From positions 1 through 36,333 of IMG/VR virus record IMGVR_UViG_3300002225_000010: 36,333 bases of DNA. The stretch is one strand, 5' to 3'. Below, piece after piece: positions 26,048 through 34,755 of the stretch (position 1 is the stretch's first letter; each line of letters opens with the position of its first letter). Under the pieces are notes generated by a model. That model searched no databases, was not told where the DNA came from, and was given only the letters and a program-made list of their open reading frames with translations. Source of the stretch: a virus. Lineage: Duplodnaviria > Caudoviricetes. Both the position numbers and the translations under genes were made by a program.

Positions 26048-26374
26048 TTATTGATCAGTTACAGAAAAAGAAAACACATCACCAAGAAACACCTTTGGCG
26101 TAGCATCCTCATAAACAGCAAAGCCTTTATAACTACCTTTTACGGTAAATACACCAGCTTCAACAGGGTATTCTAAATAAGTACTGGCCAACAAAGGGCC
26201 AAGAACAGGATCGGTAACTGGTGAAGCAGGAGCGACAACGCCATTAGCGCTAGTCTTTTCAAACTGGCTACCGTCCGGGTTAATGAATGAAATCTTCAGT
26301 TCAGTATTACCAGACAAATCAAAATTAGTGGCAACGCGAAAAACCTTACCAACTTCACCTACTTTTAACGACAC
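26048..26374 (-). CDS. Ig-like/BppU-like structural protein
   Basis: DLSG...L.I.F..PDG, Y....G.F...G.Y, F.F.V pattern; GTG start with AGGAG RBS. Confidence 0.55.
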   Translation of the reverse strand: MSLKVGEVGKVFRVATNFDLSGNTELKISFINPDGSQFEKTSANGVVAPASPVTDPVLGPLLASTYLEYPVEAGVFTVKGSYKGFAVYEDATPKVFLGDVFSFSVTDQ

Positions 26375-26676
26375 AAATTACTCCTAACACTTATTATGGA
26401 ATCATCAATTAAACTTGAACGTGATTCAGTTGGTTTTATTGTACTATTATTTGATGTGTTTTCCACTATACCACTAATCAAGCTTATATCAGAATCATCA
26501 ATAATACTTGCAAATGAGTTGTCAATATATATTCTGCTCGACAATGAAGGAACAGAACTTCTTATTATTCCTGATACAGTTTCAACACAATCTTCAGTTA
26601 CAACCTGCTCACCGCCGACCTTAGACCAAAGCCTCGATGCCCAATATCTAGGGGTGAAATACCTTGAAGCAAACAT
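26365..26676 (-). CDS. Hypothetical protein with S-x-I repeats
   Basis: 103 aa, aromatic N-terminus, about seven periodic S-x-I/L units. Confidence 0.65.
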   Translation of the reverse strand: MFASRYFTPRYWASRLWSKVGGEQVVTEDCVETVSGIIRSSVPSLSSRIYIDNSFASIIDDSDISLISGIVENTSNNSTIKPTESRSSLIDDSIISVRSNLCR

Positions 26677-27638
26677 TAGCCCGCAACATCCTTAACAACT
26701 ACAGACCTATTACCATCAAGATCAACCGTTGCCGTTATTCTTGTCTTGCTATTGTCAGCAGCTTTAATTACAACGCTATTAGTTGCTGCGCCAGATAAAA
26801 CACCAACCGAAGCAGATAATATTAATTTAAGTGCTTCTTCTAATGAGTAACCATCCACATCACCGCCGGCGAATATATTAGCAACAGTTATATCATTCAG
26901 TGCTGCAATATCAGATTGAGCTTGCGTTATCCCCGCGTTATCTGGTGCAGTGTAATCAGTCACCACAAAGTAATCAGCGCTAGGTATTGATCTAGCATTG
27001 AATTCGGTACTTGTTGGTATGTTGCTAACATCAGCAGTCAGCCAACTACCTTGATTCAATTGTAATTCGTTAGTGTCAGCTAAAATACTTGTAATGCTTG
27101 CATTGTCTGGTGCGGTATAATTAGCCGCTAATAATGGGGTAGTAGGTATTAATAAAACATTGTCATTAATGATGGTTTGATTGGCCGGCAAAGTTGTGCC
27201 CGTATCAACAAGAATAGCTGTAGTGTCTGATTTAATTAAATCAACAACAGTATCAACATTATCAATTGCAGCAGTATGATCCGCCGTTTGAGCTGTACCA
27301 CCTAGATTATTAAATGTTCCAGAATGCTTAGCATCATAATAAGTTTGAGTAACTACCTGGTAGTTTTCCCACACCAAAACAGAACCAGCAACGGTTACTT
27401 GAAACTTCAGTATTGCAGTTGTATTTGTATCGGTAGCATCAAGCGTAGCAAAGTAATAACCATCAACATCATGAACCGCATTACCTGCAGCGTTCTTTTG
27501 TGCAAATGCACCACCATCTTTACTTAGCTTCATGTCAGATTGTGTAATGATTAAACCAGTCTCAGGAGTTACGCCATCAGCAGAATTAGCAAAAGGGCCA
27601 AACCTGATTATTTGAGAGGTTGATTGTCTTAGTTCCAT
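26676..27638 (-). CDS. Putative fibre-like structural protein
   Basis: Thr/Ala/Asp-rich, YTAPDNA twice, C-terminal KTRITATVD..GNR. Confidence 0.6.
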   Translation of the reverse strand: MELRQSTSQIIRFGPFANSADGVTPETGLIITQSDMKLSKDGGAFAQKNAAGNAVHDVDGYYFATLDATDTNTTAILKFQVTVAGSVLVWENYQVVTQTYYDAKHSGTFNNLGGTAQTADHTAAIDNVDTVVDLIKSDTTAILVDTGTTLPANQTIINDNVLLIPTTPLLAANYTAPDNASITSILADTNELQLNQGSWLTADVSNIPTSTEFNARSIPSADYFVVTDYTAPDNAGITQAQSDIAALNDITVANIFAGGDVDGYSLEEALKLILSASVGVLSGAATNSVVIKAADNSKTRITATVDLDGNRSVVVKDVAG

Positions 27639-27640
27639 GA

Positions 27641-28564
27641 TTAAAACCTTCTATTTCTGTATGAGCTGATTATAGCATTAATTGGCTTGTCGATAACAGT
27701 GACAGCACCAAGAGACGCACCAATATCAGAACCACCAGAACCAGAGCCTTTTAATGTCGATGAAGATTTTAAATTGTAATCAGGGGTTACAGCATTAGGA
27801 TCTTCTAAATCATCAGTTATTACGCGATTATCAAACGCTACAGAAACCCCTGCTTGAGCGCTTGCCGTAGCATCACCTGAAGCTAAATAATCCCAATCAA
27901 TATTTACATTACTTTTGTATCTAAAATCCTCAACAGCACCATTAAATGATAGTGTATTTTCAGAATTAAGCTTTCCACCTATACTAGTCCCGATAGAAAC
28001 AGAATCCTTACCTCCAATAGTGGTCACTCTATCAAGAGATAATTGCCCAGAAATATTACCCCCATAAAAACAAGAGTAAGATGATCCTGTCGATACCCCG
28101 ATAGTATTTATAACTTTAATATTACCGCTGTAACCGTTTGATAAAGAAAGAACTGAACTTTGTGATTTTAAAAAACAGTCTTTAACCTCTGAATAACCGA
28201 AACTAGGGGATGTATGTATACAAGCGCCACCAGCCGCCGCAAGATCAGCTTTAACGCCATACGCTCTATCGTAAGCGTTTCTAAAATAAAGCGGCTGAGC
28301 GTATTTATTAGTAGAATAAAATGTTGTTCCTTCACCCTTTCCGTTAACCTCATCACCTTCAAACGCCATTATTTTAATATAATGAGTAGCATCATCTGTA
28401 ATTACAGGGGTTTTACAACTACCGTGAATTTGATAATTCCTAACTTTTATTACATGCAAGCCCCCCGTAATAGTTAAATCTGTAGGTATAGCAGCAAGGG
28501 CCGACGCAATAGAACTGTAATCGTCACCCACGACATTGCCAACGACAACAATAGTATCAGCCAT
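27641..28564 (-). CDS. Putative beta-helix (pectin-lyase-like) structural protein
   Basis: DYSSIASALAA N-terminal motif, beta repeats, DYNLKSSS.L.G.G....DIGA C-terminal motif. Confidence 0.65.
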   Translation of the reverse strand: MADTIVVVGNVVGDDYSSIASALAAIPTDLTITGGLHVIKVRNYQIHGSCKTPVITDDATHYIKIMAFEGDEVNGKGEGTTFYSTNKYAQPLYFRNAYDRAYGVKADLAAAGGACIHTSPSFGYSEVKDCFLKSQSSVLSLSNGYSGNIKVINTIGVSTGSSYSCFYGGNISGQLSLDRVTTIGGKDSVSIGTSIGGKLNSENTLSFNGAVEDFRYKSNVNIDWDYLASGDATASAQAGVSVAFDNRVITDDLEDPNAVTPDYNLKSSSTLKGSGSGGSDIGASLGAVTVIDKPINAIISSYRNRRF

Positions 28565-28923
28565 TATGTTAGCCTCATATACTGTTGAAATTCGGCAAAC
28601 GTTAATGCTATCTGACCAGTGTTTCTAATAGTCCAATAATCAGTTGTGTCATACTCAGGCTCTAGAAAAGTATATTTACTCACTAAATCATTAGAGGGTT
28701 CTAAAAATATTTCTTCAAGTAAGTATTCTAGCTCTTCTTTAGTTTTATCTGTAACGATCACTAATGAAAAGAAATAACCCCATCCTACACTTGAACCATG
28801 ATGCGACATGTATGATTGCATTGTTTCGTTGTGAGTGAATACATGGTTACCATCAGTCACCGACAGTAATGTCGTTTTTTTTGCGCTCGGCGCCAAGTTT
28901 GAAAAATGTAAGTGTACTGGCAT
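28564..28923 (-). CDS. Hypothetical protein
   Basis: 119 aa, TAATG-coupled to the next gene. Confidence 0.65.
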   Translation of the reverse strand: MPVHLHFSNLAPSAKKTTLLSVTDGNHVFTHNETMQSYMSHHGSSVGWGYFFSLVIVTDKTKEELEYLLEEIFLEPSNDLVSKYTFLEPEYDTTDYWTIRNTGQIALTFAEFQQYMRLT

Positions 28924-28957
28924 TAGCTCGCCTTAAGGTTTAATTAACCGTTTAAAT

Positions 28958-30391
28958 TTACCATTTGCGCCCTGGCTTGTCGAATTTTGAAGCAGAACGG
29001 TTTGTTGACTTTGCACCAGTACCATCATATCTACTTGCTGATCTATTGTTTGATATTTTAGAAGGTGGCACCCAATTATTGTCAGTTGGCTTTTTGGTTA
29101 TCGATGGAAATAGTGCGGCAACAGCCCAAATTCTAGCATCAGCTCTATCAGGAGATCTTAATCCCATGTAGCCGCCGGTAGTCATTGCTAATAATTGGTC
29201 CTCTATTTCAGGGAAATAACCAACGTGGTGAACTTTACCTAACTCATCAAGTGCAGCTATTGGCTCAGCTCGAACAACTTTACCCCTTGTAGCTATAACA
29301 TGCTCATAAGGTAAGTTAGGGTTTTTGGCTTGAAGTACGGCGCGAACCATATCACCGCCAAAGTTCTTTTCACCATACACGCGATCAGCACTATGACGTT
29401 CGTAAGCACCATTAACAACATCAGCCCATTGTTCAGGAGAATAACGTCCAGATAAATCTTCTAATATGTAAGCATGATTATCAGTTCCTAAAGCAGCAAC
29501 AACAATACCGACTTCATCAGAACGAGTATCTTCATCACCTGAACAACCTGAAGGATCAACCGCTATGATTACCCGTAACCAATCAGGCAATGAGCCCTCT
29601 TGACCTAATCTACGATTGACAGCTAAACACTGTTCAGTCCACAAAGCACCATCAGAATCATCAGCAAAGCGACCAAGCAAGAAACGATTACGCGCCTTTT
29701 CTGGTAATGCATCAAGAAACTCTAAATACTTGGGGTCTAGATTGTCGCGGTTATCACCAGGATTAATTAAATAAAATCCATAATCAAACGGGTGACGTTC
29801 AGGTAATTTTGTTTCAGGGTTCTTCTTCTCTATAAACCGTAAGAAGGTCCAGTGCTTTTTACTAGGTGGGTTGAAATCGTAGAAAGCCTTTAGGCGTAAA
29901 CAATCTGTTTTTTGCGCTAATCGAGTTAATGCAAGGACCATTGATTGAAATGGTATTTGTGAACACTCGTTAAAATATAACGTTGCGAATTCCATACCTA
30001 ATATTTTTTCTACACGGTCTTTATCATCGAGTCCACTAAACCAAATTTCAGACTTGTTTGGCAAAGTAAGATAGTTATCAGTTTTGTCTAAGTGAGCCTT
30101 TTCCATTAGACCAGGAAAACAAAGGGCCATTACTTTAGGTAGAGTATCTAAAATGATTGAAGCTTTAAGGGCGTTCAATCTAAATCTAAATATAGCGTGT
30201 CGCGAACCTGGTGACTTTAACGCTCTAATAACTACAGCTCGAACTAACAAGAATGTTTTGCCAGAACGTGAACCACCGCCCAAAGCAATATGACTAGCAT
30301 CGCTGATCAATACATCCATTGCCTTGTCTTGAGCTTTAGTTAGCTCAAAGGCGTTTACGTCTTTAGTTGGTGGGGCTAGGTTATTGGTCAT
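28958..30391 (-). CDS. terL: Terminase large subunit
   Basis: Walker A GGSRSGKT, Walker B-like LYFNE, DFNP coupling motif, RNase H-like IAVDP ... EKNFGG ... SPDRADA. Confidence 0.95.
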   Translation of the reverse strand: MTNNLAPPTKDVNAFELTKAQDKAMDVLISDASHIALGGGSRSGKTFLLVRAVVIRALKSPGSRHAIFRFRLNALKASIILDTLPKVMALCFPGLMEKAHLDKTDNYLTLPNKSEIWFSGLDDKDRVEKILGMEFATLYFNECSQIPFQSMVLALTRLAQKTDCLRLKAFYDFNPPSKKHWTFLRFIEKKNPETKLPERHPFDYGFYLINPGDNRDNLDPKYLEFLDALPEKARNRFLLGRFADDSDGALWTEQCLAVNRRLGQEGSLPDWLRVIIAVDPSGCSGDEDTRSDEVGIVVAALGTDNHAYILEDLSGRYSPEQWADVVNGAYERHSADRVYGEKNFGGDMVRAVLQAKNPNLPYEHVIATRGKVVRAEPIAALDELGKVHHVGYFPEIEDQLLAMTTGGYMGLRSPDRADARIWAVAALFPSITKKPTDNNWVPPSKISNNRSASRYDGTGAKSTNRSASKFDKPGRKW

Positions 30392-30418
30392 TGTTGCAAT
30401 CTGATCTTATGAGCATTA

Positions 30419-30991
30419 TTACAAGTCGGCATCTTTACCCTCGATTACAATAGTTAGTTTATGATCTACTTCAACAGTTTTATCCCAACCTTGAAGCGCT
30501 CTTATTTGTTTAACTGCATCCACTTGTGAATGAGTCTTGAATTTTAAGCCATCCTTGCCAACAGAAACTTCGCTGATAACACGAGCGGCTTTATCGTTAA
30601 TTAAGTCACTATCTTTGAATGACCAAATTGATTGCTTCTTATCTTTACCGTCTGCATCTTTAATAGTAATTGTTGAGAAGTCAGCAAGGTCAGTTACTTT
30701 TGTTCTGGCAATATCGGTTAATATTTCAAGTGCTTCATCGCGTCCAAGTATTGCATCACCAGCAGACTCTTCGATTAATGAATTATAGAAAGCCTTAACC
30801 TGAGCTTGTCTAAGCATCTTTGTTACTGTTGAATCAGCAGAAGTATGGTTCTTAGCTTTCCCACCAGCAGCATAATAAGCTTTTCTTTGACTTAGATTAC
30901 CCTTAACCATATTGATTACAGTTTTACGCTGTAAGTCAGTTAGCTTTGACATTAAGGTAATTTGTTTTTCACTGAAAGAGAAGTTACTCAC
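30419..30991 (-). CDS. terS: Terminase small subunit
   Basis: LT..Q.....N....NLSQRKAY.AAG, L....V, L.RDEALE.L.DIAR, K.G.K.K; directly upstream of terL. Confidence 0.88.
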   Translation of the reverse strand: MSNFSFSEKQITLMSKLTDLQRKTVINMVKGNLSQRKAYYAAGGKAKNHTSADSTVTKMLRQAQVKAFYNSLIEESAGDAILGRDEALEILTDIARTKVTDLADFSTITIKDADGKDKKQSIWSFKDSDLINDKAARVISEVSVGKDGLKFKTHSQVDAVKQIRALQGWDKTVEVDHKLTIVIEGKDADL

Positions 30992-31062
30992 TTTGCATGA
31001 CCTATAATAATAATTGCATAAGCAATAACTACAATTCCGATAGCAACATATAAACCGCTCAT
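30988..31062 (-). CDS. Membrane micropeptide (24 aa)
   Basis: MSGLYVAIGIVVIAYAIIIIGHAK; ATGA overlap upstream and GTGA overlap with terS. Confidence 0.55.
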   Translation of the reverse strand: MSGLYVAIGIVVIAYAIIIIGHAK

Positions 31063-31169
31063 GATATTGACCAAGTTATTATCCAGCTAAAAGATAACAC
31101 CGAAACTAACGCAGATAAGAAAAGCATTAGTATCATTTTTGATGAGTTAATAATTCTTTGCTTGTTCAT
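31059..31169 (-). CDS. Membrane micropeptide (36 aa)
   Basis: MNKQRIINSSKMILMLFLSALVSVLSFSWIITWSIS; AAGGGG RBS. Confidence 0.55.
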   Translation of the reverse strand: MNKQRIINSSKMILMLFLSALVSVLSFSWIITWSIS

Positions 31170-31213
31170 GTTGTTCCCCTTTATTTTGTTTCTCTTGGTT
31201 ATTCTGTTGCAAA

Positions 31214-31657
31214 TTATCTTTCGTAAACAAAACCGTTTCTTGGCTCAAAGTTATACCAGTATTTAAGCTCGCCTGTCTCAGCAGGGTTTTTACCTAGCCA
31301 TTTTTTGCTTGGTTCAGGGTCGTGAACTATCCAGCCACCTCTATCAATAATTACAGCATGAGTAACGCCCTCAAAGTTCTTACTCGGCACAACGCCATAG
31401 AAAAAACCTTTTACAGCGTACATTGAACGCAGAGCATCTAAAGTAAGTTCTTTCTATGGATGGGCGTTAACGACTCCTTGGTATTCATATTTAGTACTAG
31501 CCTCAAGCCATTCCATAAAAGGAATATGCCAACTAGCTTCAGGATGTTCCATAATATTAATAGTATCTTCAATTTCTGTTTCAAAGAGGCTAGCTAATAC
31601 CGCTTGCATACAAGTGCCTTTACCTTTATCAACTATCGTTTGGTTTACTGCTTTCAT
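31214..31657 (-). pseudogene. Papain-like (Cys-His-Asp) peptidase-like gene interrupted by an in-frame TAG
   Basis: The two track ORFs are in one frame, separated only by TAG at 31454-31456 and 10 sense codons; GTCMQA / THAVII / VHDP motifs are split across the stop. Confidence 0.7.
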
Positions 31658-31695
31658 GTTAATTCCTTATAAAATCGGGCTATTCTGTTTAAGTT

Positions 31696-31719
31696 ATTAC
31701 CTTTACAGATAAAGGTAAT
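31696..31719. repeat. Perfect 10-bp inverted repeat
   Basis: ATTACCTTTA-CAGA-TAAAGGTAAT. Confidence 0.75.
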
Positions 31720-31755
31720 GCGGTTTGTTTTTATTATCGGAGTCAGAAAAAGACA

Positions 31756-31956
31756 TCATTCAGCGCCCTCGATTAATTTAGACGCCTTAATACCAAGATT
31801 GTCAGCTATGCCTTTAATCGTTGAAAGGCGAGGGTTACCATTGCTTATGGCTGAATAAAGCGTTTTCCTATTTACGCCCATTTTTTTAGCTAAATCAGAA
31901 ATGTTAGTATCTGCATCAATACAAGCTTTTTTTACTGCTTTATGTAAATTTAACAT
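31756..31956 (-). CDS. Cro/XRE-family HTH regulator
   Basis: ISDLAKKMGVNRKTLY....GNPRLSTIKGIADNLG. Confidence 0.9.
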   Translation of the reverse strand: MLNLHKAVKKACIDADTNISDLAKKMGVNRKTLYSAISNGNPRLSTIKGIADNLGIKASKLIEGAE

Positions 31957-31986
31957 TCCTGACCTTTGTTGACTCCGTATTACAGT

Positions 31987-32015
31987 ATAATAGGATTATT
32001 CCTGCTTTTTGTCAA
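31987..32015 (-). promoter_or_regulatory. Sigma70-like promoter for the HTH gene and downstream genes
   Basis: TTGACA-17 bp-TATTAT. Confidence 0.75.
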
Positions 32016-32038
32016 CAATCCAATTAACTTAACAAACA

Positions 32039-33490
32039 TTACAAATCATCTATCCAATTCGCTGAAACATCCATGGCACTAGATGCACCCTGACTAACTT
32101 TCGAAGCTATTGAAAACGTTGTGTTAGGCGGGTGAAACCTAACTATGCTTTCTATATCAAACGGGAAAGGCTGACCGGCTTGAACTGGTATACAAGCAAC
32201 AACTCGACCGCCAGTAATAGCGACTGAATTTGTGGCGTACTCCATCAAGCTATTAGGCTCATCCAAATATTGAAACAACAATGAATCACCAGGAGCGACT
32301 TCGGGCTCAACCACCACTTCATAAACAGCCGTTTTTGTTGTGTCGGTAGCAAGTATTAAGCTTCTAGGTATGATTTCAGCCCTGTTTGCTATGTCTTGAT
32401 ATGTCAGTCTATTCCTAAGGGTTAACACGTTAGTTCGAGTTGTTCCAACACTCAGTTGAGTATGGCAAACACCGCTGGATTCATTGTCATACGTGACTTT
32501 GCCCTCATTGAACGCACCACAAGAAGCACCTTTTACAACTACGTCGGTAGTATTGCCGGCGTTTCTTGCTGCCCAACCTATACGAAAAATAGGATTGTTA
32601 ACGCTAGGAACTAAATTACTATTTGCATACTGAATAACATGAACCAAAACTAAATCAGCTGATTCCTTTTCTTCGATATAAAACCTTATGCCGCCATAAC
32701 CTAAATATTGAACACGTATCAGATAAACATTACCGAACGATGGATCAATATCTATATCAGGCCTTACATTCCAGTTATTTTTTTTGGTAAATTCAACCGT
32801 TGGCATAACACCACTGGTTATAGATACCCACGAACCCGCTGCTGAACCTGAAGAAAACAAGAAAGAACCACCGCCAAAATCAGGCAGTCTAGCCAATGCA
32901 ACAACAACCGCACCATTTGATGTAAAGTTATAAGTTGGGTTCTGTGCTTTTAATGATGCGGCGATCTCATAAGCGTTATGTTCAACGGTTCCTGAGGTCA
33001 AAGACACACTATACGCAACGCCATCAATAGTTACTGTTGCTGTTTCAGAGCCACCCGCCGGTGTGGTTATGGTTAATTCTTGTTGCTCAAGCGCTCCATC
33101 CCTACCGTGTATTATCCCGTAGTCTTCACCCTGGTATCCAAAGGCAAAAGCTGACTCGCTATTAATAAATCCGGCTTGCTGCTCACTATCAATAACGCCT
33201 TCTGTGAAGATAGCGGTAAACCTAGCGATCAATCCCTGGCCAGCTTTATATTGCGCCTCTCTCTTTGTTACGATAGCTGAAACATTACTAGCACCAACGC
33301 CAGTAGAAGCAACAAAATTACCATCCACCGCTGAAGTTGAGCCGCCTAAGTTAATAGTTAACACATCGTTTCTAATTCCGTATTGTGCGGAAACTTGGAA
33401 TAACGGCGCGGGCTCAGCTGTTGAAACTTCACCGAACGCCGTTTTAGGTATCAGTGAATCTAAATTTGTATTACCTGAAGGATAAGTCAT
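32039..33490 (-). CDS. Beta-rich putative virion/structural protein
   Basis: Start reassigned to the ATG at 33490 (TAATG coupling); TAFGE, QYKAGQG...RFTA, QYLGYG.I.F motifs; 483 aa. Confidence 0.6.
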   Translation of the reverse strand: MTYPSGNTNLDSLIPKTAFGEVSTAEPAPLFQVSAQYGIRNDVLTINLGGSTSAVDGNFVASTGVGASNVSAIVTKREAQYKAGQGLIARFTAIFTEGVIDSEQQAGFINSESAFAFGYQGEDYGIIHGRDGALEQQELTITTPAGGSETATVTIDGVAYSVSLTSGTVEHNAYEIAASLKAQNPTYNFTSNGAVVVALARLPDFGGGSFLFSSGSAAGSWVSITSGVMPTVEFTKKNNWNVRPDIDIDPSFGNVYLIRVQYLGYGGIRFYIEEKESADLVLVHVIQYANSNLVPSVNNPIFRIGWAARNAGNTTDVVVKGASCGAFNEGKVTYDNESSGVCHTQLSVGTTRTNVLTLRNRLTYQDIANRAEIIPRSLILATDTTKTAVYEVVVEPEVAPGDSLLFQYLDEPNSLMEYATNSVAITGGRVVACIPVQAGQPFPFDIESIVRFHPPNTTFSIASKVSQGASSAMDVSANWIDDL

Positions 33491-33888
33491 TATACAGTTC
33501 TCCAAAAAAATGCTTTGCAATGATCAGCGCCTTCAATCCCAACTAGCTTCATCTTACCTTTGACAGTCGGGCCATGAAACAATGAAGGCGTATAGGTTGC
33601 ATCACCAGCTTTAACATTGATCGCTAGTATTCTTTCATCACCGCCTGAAGGCTCTAGCCATTGACCTTGAGTTGTGCCAGGAACAATGAACGTTGCCATT
33701 CTTGGCTCTATGTAACCACCCGTAGGAGTAACGATATTCCCGTCAACATCAAAAAATACAATGACAAAAATACCATTCCTAAATCTTTCAGATATTAGGC
33801 CCGTTTCATAAGTGCCATCGGCAACAGGTATTTTTATTGATTCGTTGTTTAGTGGATTACTAAGCACGTTAAATATGTTAAATTCCAA
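33490..33888 (-). CDS. Hypothetical beta-rich protein
   Basis: 132 aa, TTG start after GGGGTAGGA. Confidence 0.65.
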   Translation of the reverse strand: MEFNIFNVLSNPLNNESIKIPVADGTYETGLISERFRNGIFVIVFFDVDGNIVTPTGGYIEPRMATFIVPGTTQGQWLEPSGGDERILAINVKAGDATYTPSLFHGPTVKGKMKLVGIEGADHCKAFFWRTV

Positions 33889-33933
33889 AATCCTACCCCT
33901 TTAGTTAAGTTTATTTTGTAATTACATCATAGC

Positions 33934-33967
33934 AAAAAAGCCGATACTTGTGACAGTAGCGGCTTTT
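33934..33967. terminator. Intrinsic (bidirectional-type) terminator
   Basis: AAAAAAGCCG-a-TACT-N6-AGTA-g-CGGCTTTT; T6 tail on minus, directly followed by an extended -10 TGcTATGAT. Confidence 0.75.
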
Positions 33968-33995
33968 CTGGTTTTCTGTGAAAATCAATTTTATA

Positions 33996-34344
33996 TTAAG
34001 AAGCTGATAATATTCGTTCGAAATTTTGATTTTGCACTTTGGCAAAGTTAGCGGTAAAAACATTTGATTCACGATAAGTTAATTTATTGCTATTAACTTG
34101 CCTGGGGTTTTCTGCGCCGTAATCAAGCGTTAAAATTTCATTGATGATAAGGTTTGAACTAAACGCTTCTAACGCTTTGTGTACTGTAGCAACTGATTCA
34201 GGCTGTGCATTTAACTGCATAGGGTTTACCGGCTCAACAAACGTTACATTGATACCTTTATTTTCGAACTCGCTAGCAATAGCTGTTGATAACGATAAGC
34301 TCGCACCAACAATAAACACTAGAATTTTTTTTACTCATTTTCAT
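33996..34344 (-). CDS. Hypothetical protein, apparently frameshifted at an A8 tract near its start
   Basis: The GGAG-associated ATG (34344) is out of frame with the 107-aa body; removing one A gives MKMSKKILVFIVGASL... Confidence 0.5.
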
Positions 34345-34404
34345 TTACGTCACTCCATCAAAGTAAGAATAAAATAATCCGACCTTGTTTATATCAACAA
34401 ACAA

Positions 34405-34530
34405 TCAATTTATCAATAAGCCATGGTACTTATAAAAGTTACACATAATGCTAATGCTGATCATTACTGAGATAACCACCATAGGAATTATGTAATAAGC
34501 TATGAATTCTGTTGTAGGATGCTTTGACAT
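34405..34530 (-). CDS. Small membrane protein (41 aa)
   Basis: MSKHPTTEFIAYYIIPMVVISVMISISIMCNFYKYHGLLIN; GAGGT RBS. Confidence 0.6.
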   Translation of the reverse strand: MSKHPTTEFIAYYIIPMVVISVMISISIMCNFYKYHGLLIN

Positions 34531-34574
34531 GGTTACCTCGTTGTTATGCGCTACCTAAGTAACGCAGTGTGGGG

Positions 34575-34739
34575 TTATTTAATGGCTTCTTTGTGCTTAC
34601 ATTTAGTGTTCCCATGAGCTGTACACCTGCGGCCTTTATCATCACGGTAAACACTCACAGCACCGCAAACACCATTAGGCGCGACCATTCCGTTAACTTT
34701 GCAAACGTAAATTATGTTTTTTATTTTCTTCTTGCTCAT
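34575..34739 (-). CDS. Small Cys-rich protein (54 aa)
   Basis: MSKKKIKNIIYVCKVNG...VCG...RCTAHGNTKCKHKEAIK; AAGGA RBS. Confidence 0.6.
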   Translation of the reverse strand: MSKKKIKNIIYVCKVNGMVAPNGVCGAVSVYRDDKGRRCTAHGNTKCKHKEAIK

Positions 34740-34755
34740 AATCTTTCCTTATAGC

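Noticed and set aside
31969-31991. Plus-strand promoter TTGACT...TATAAT
   Set aside because: The spacer is only 11 bp and no plus-strand gene follows.
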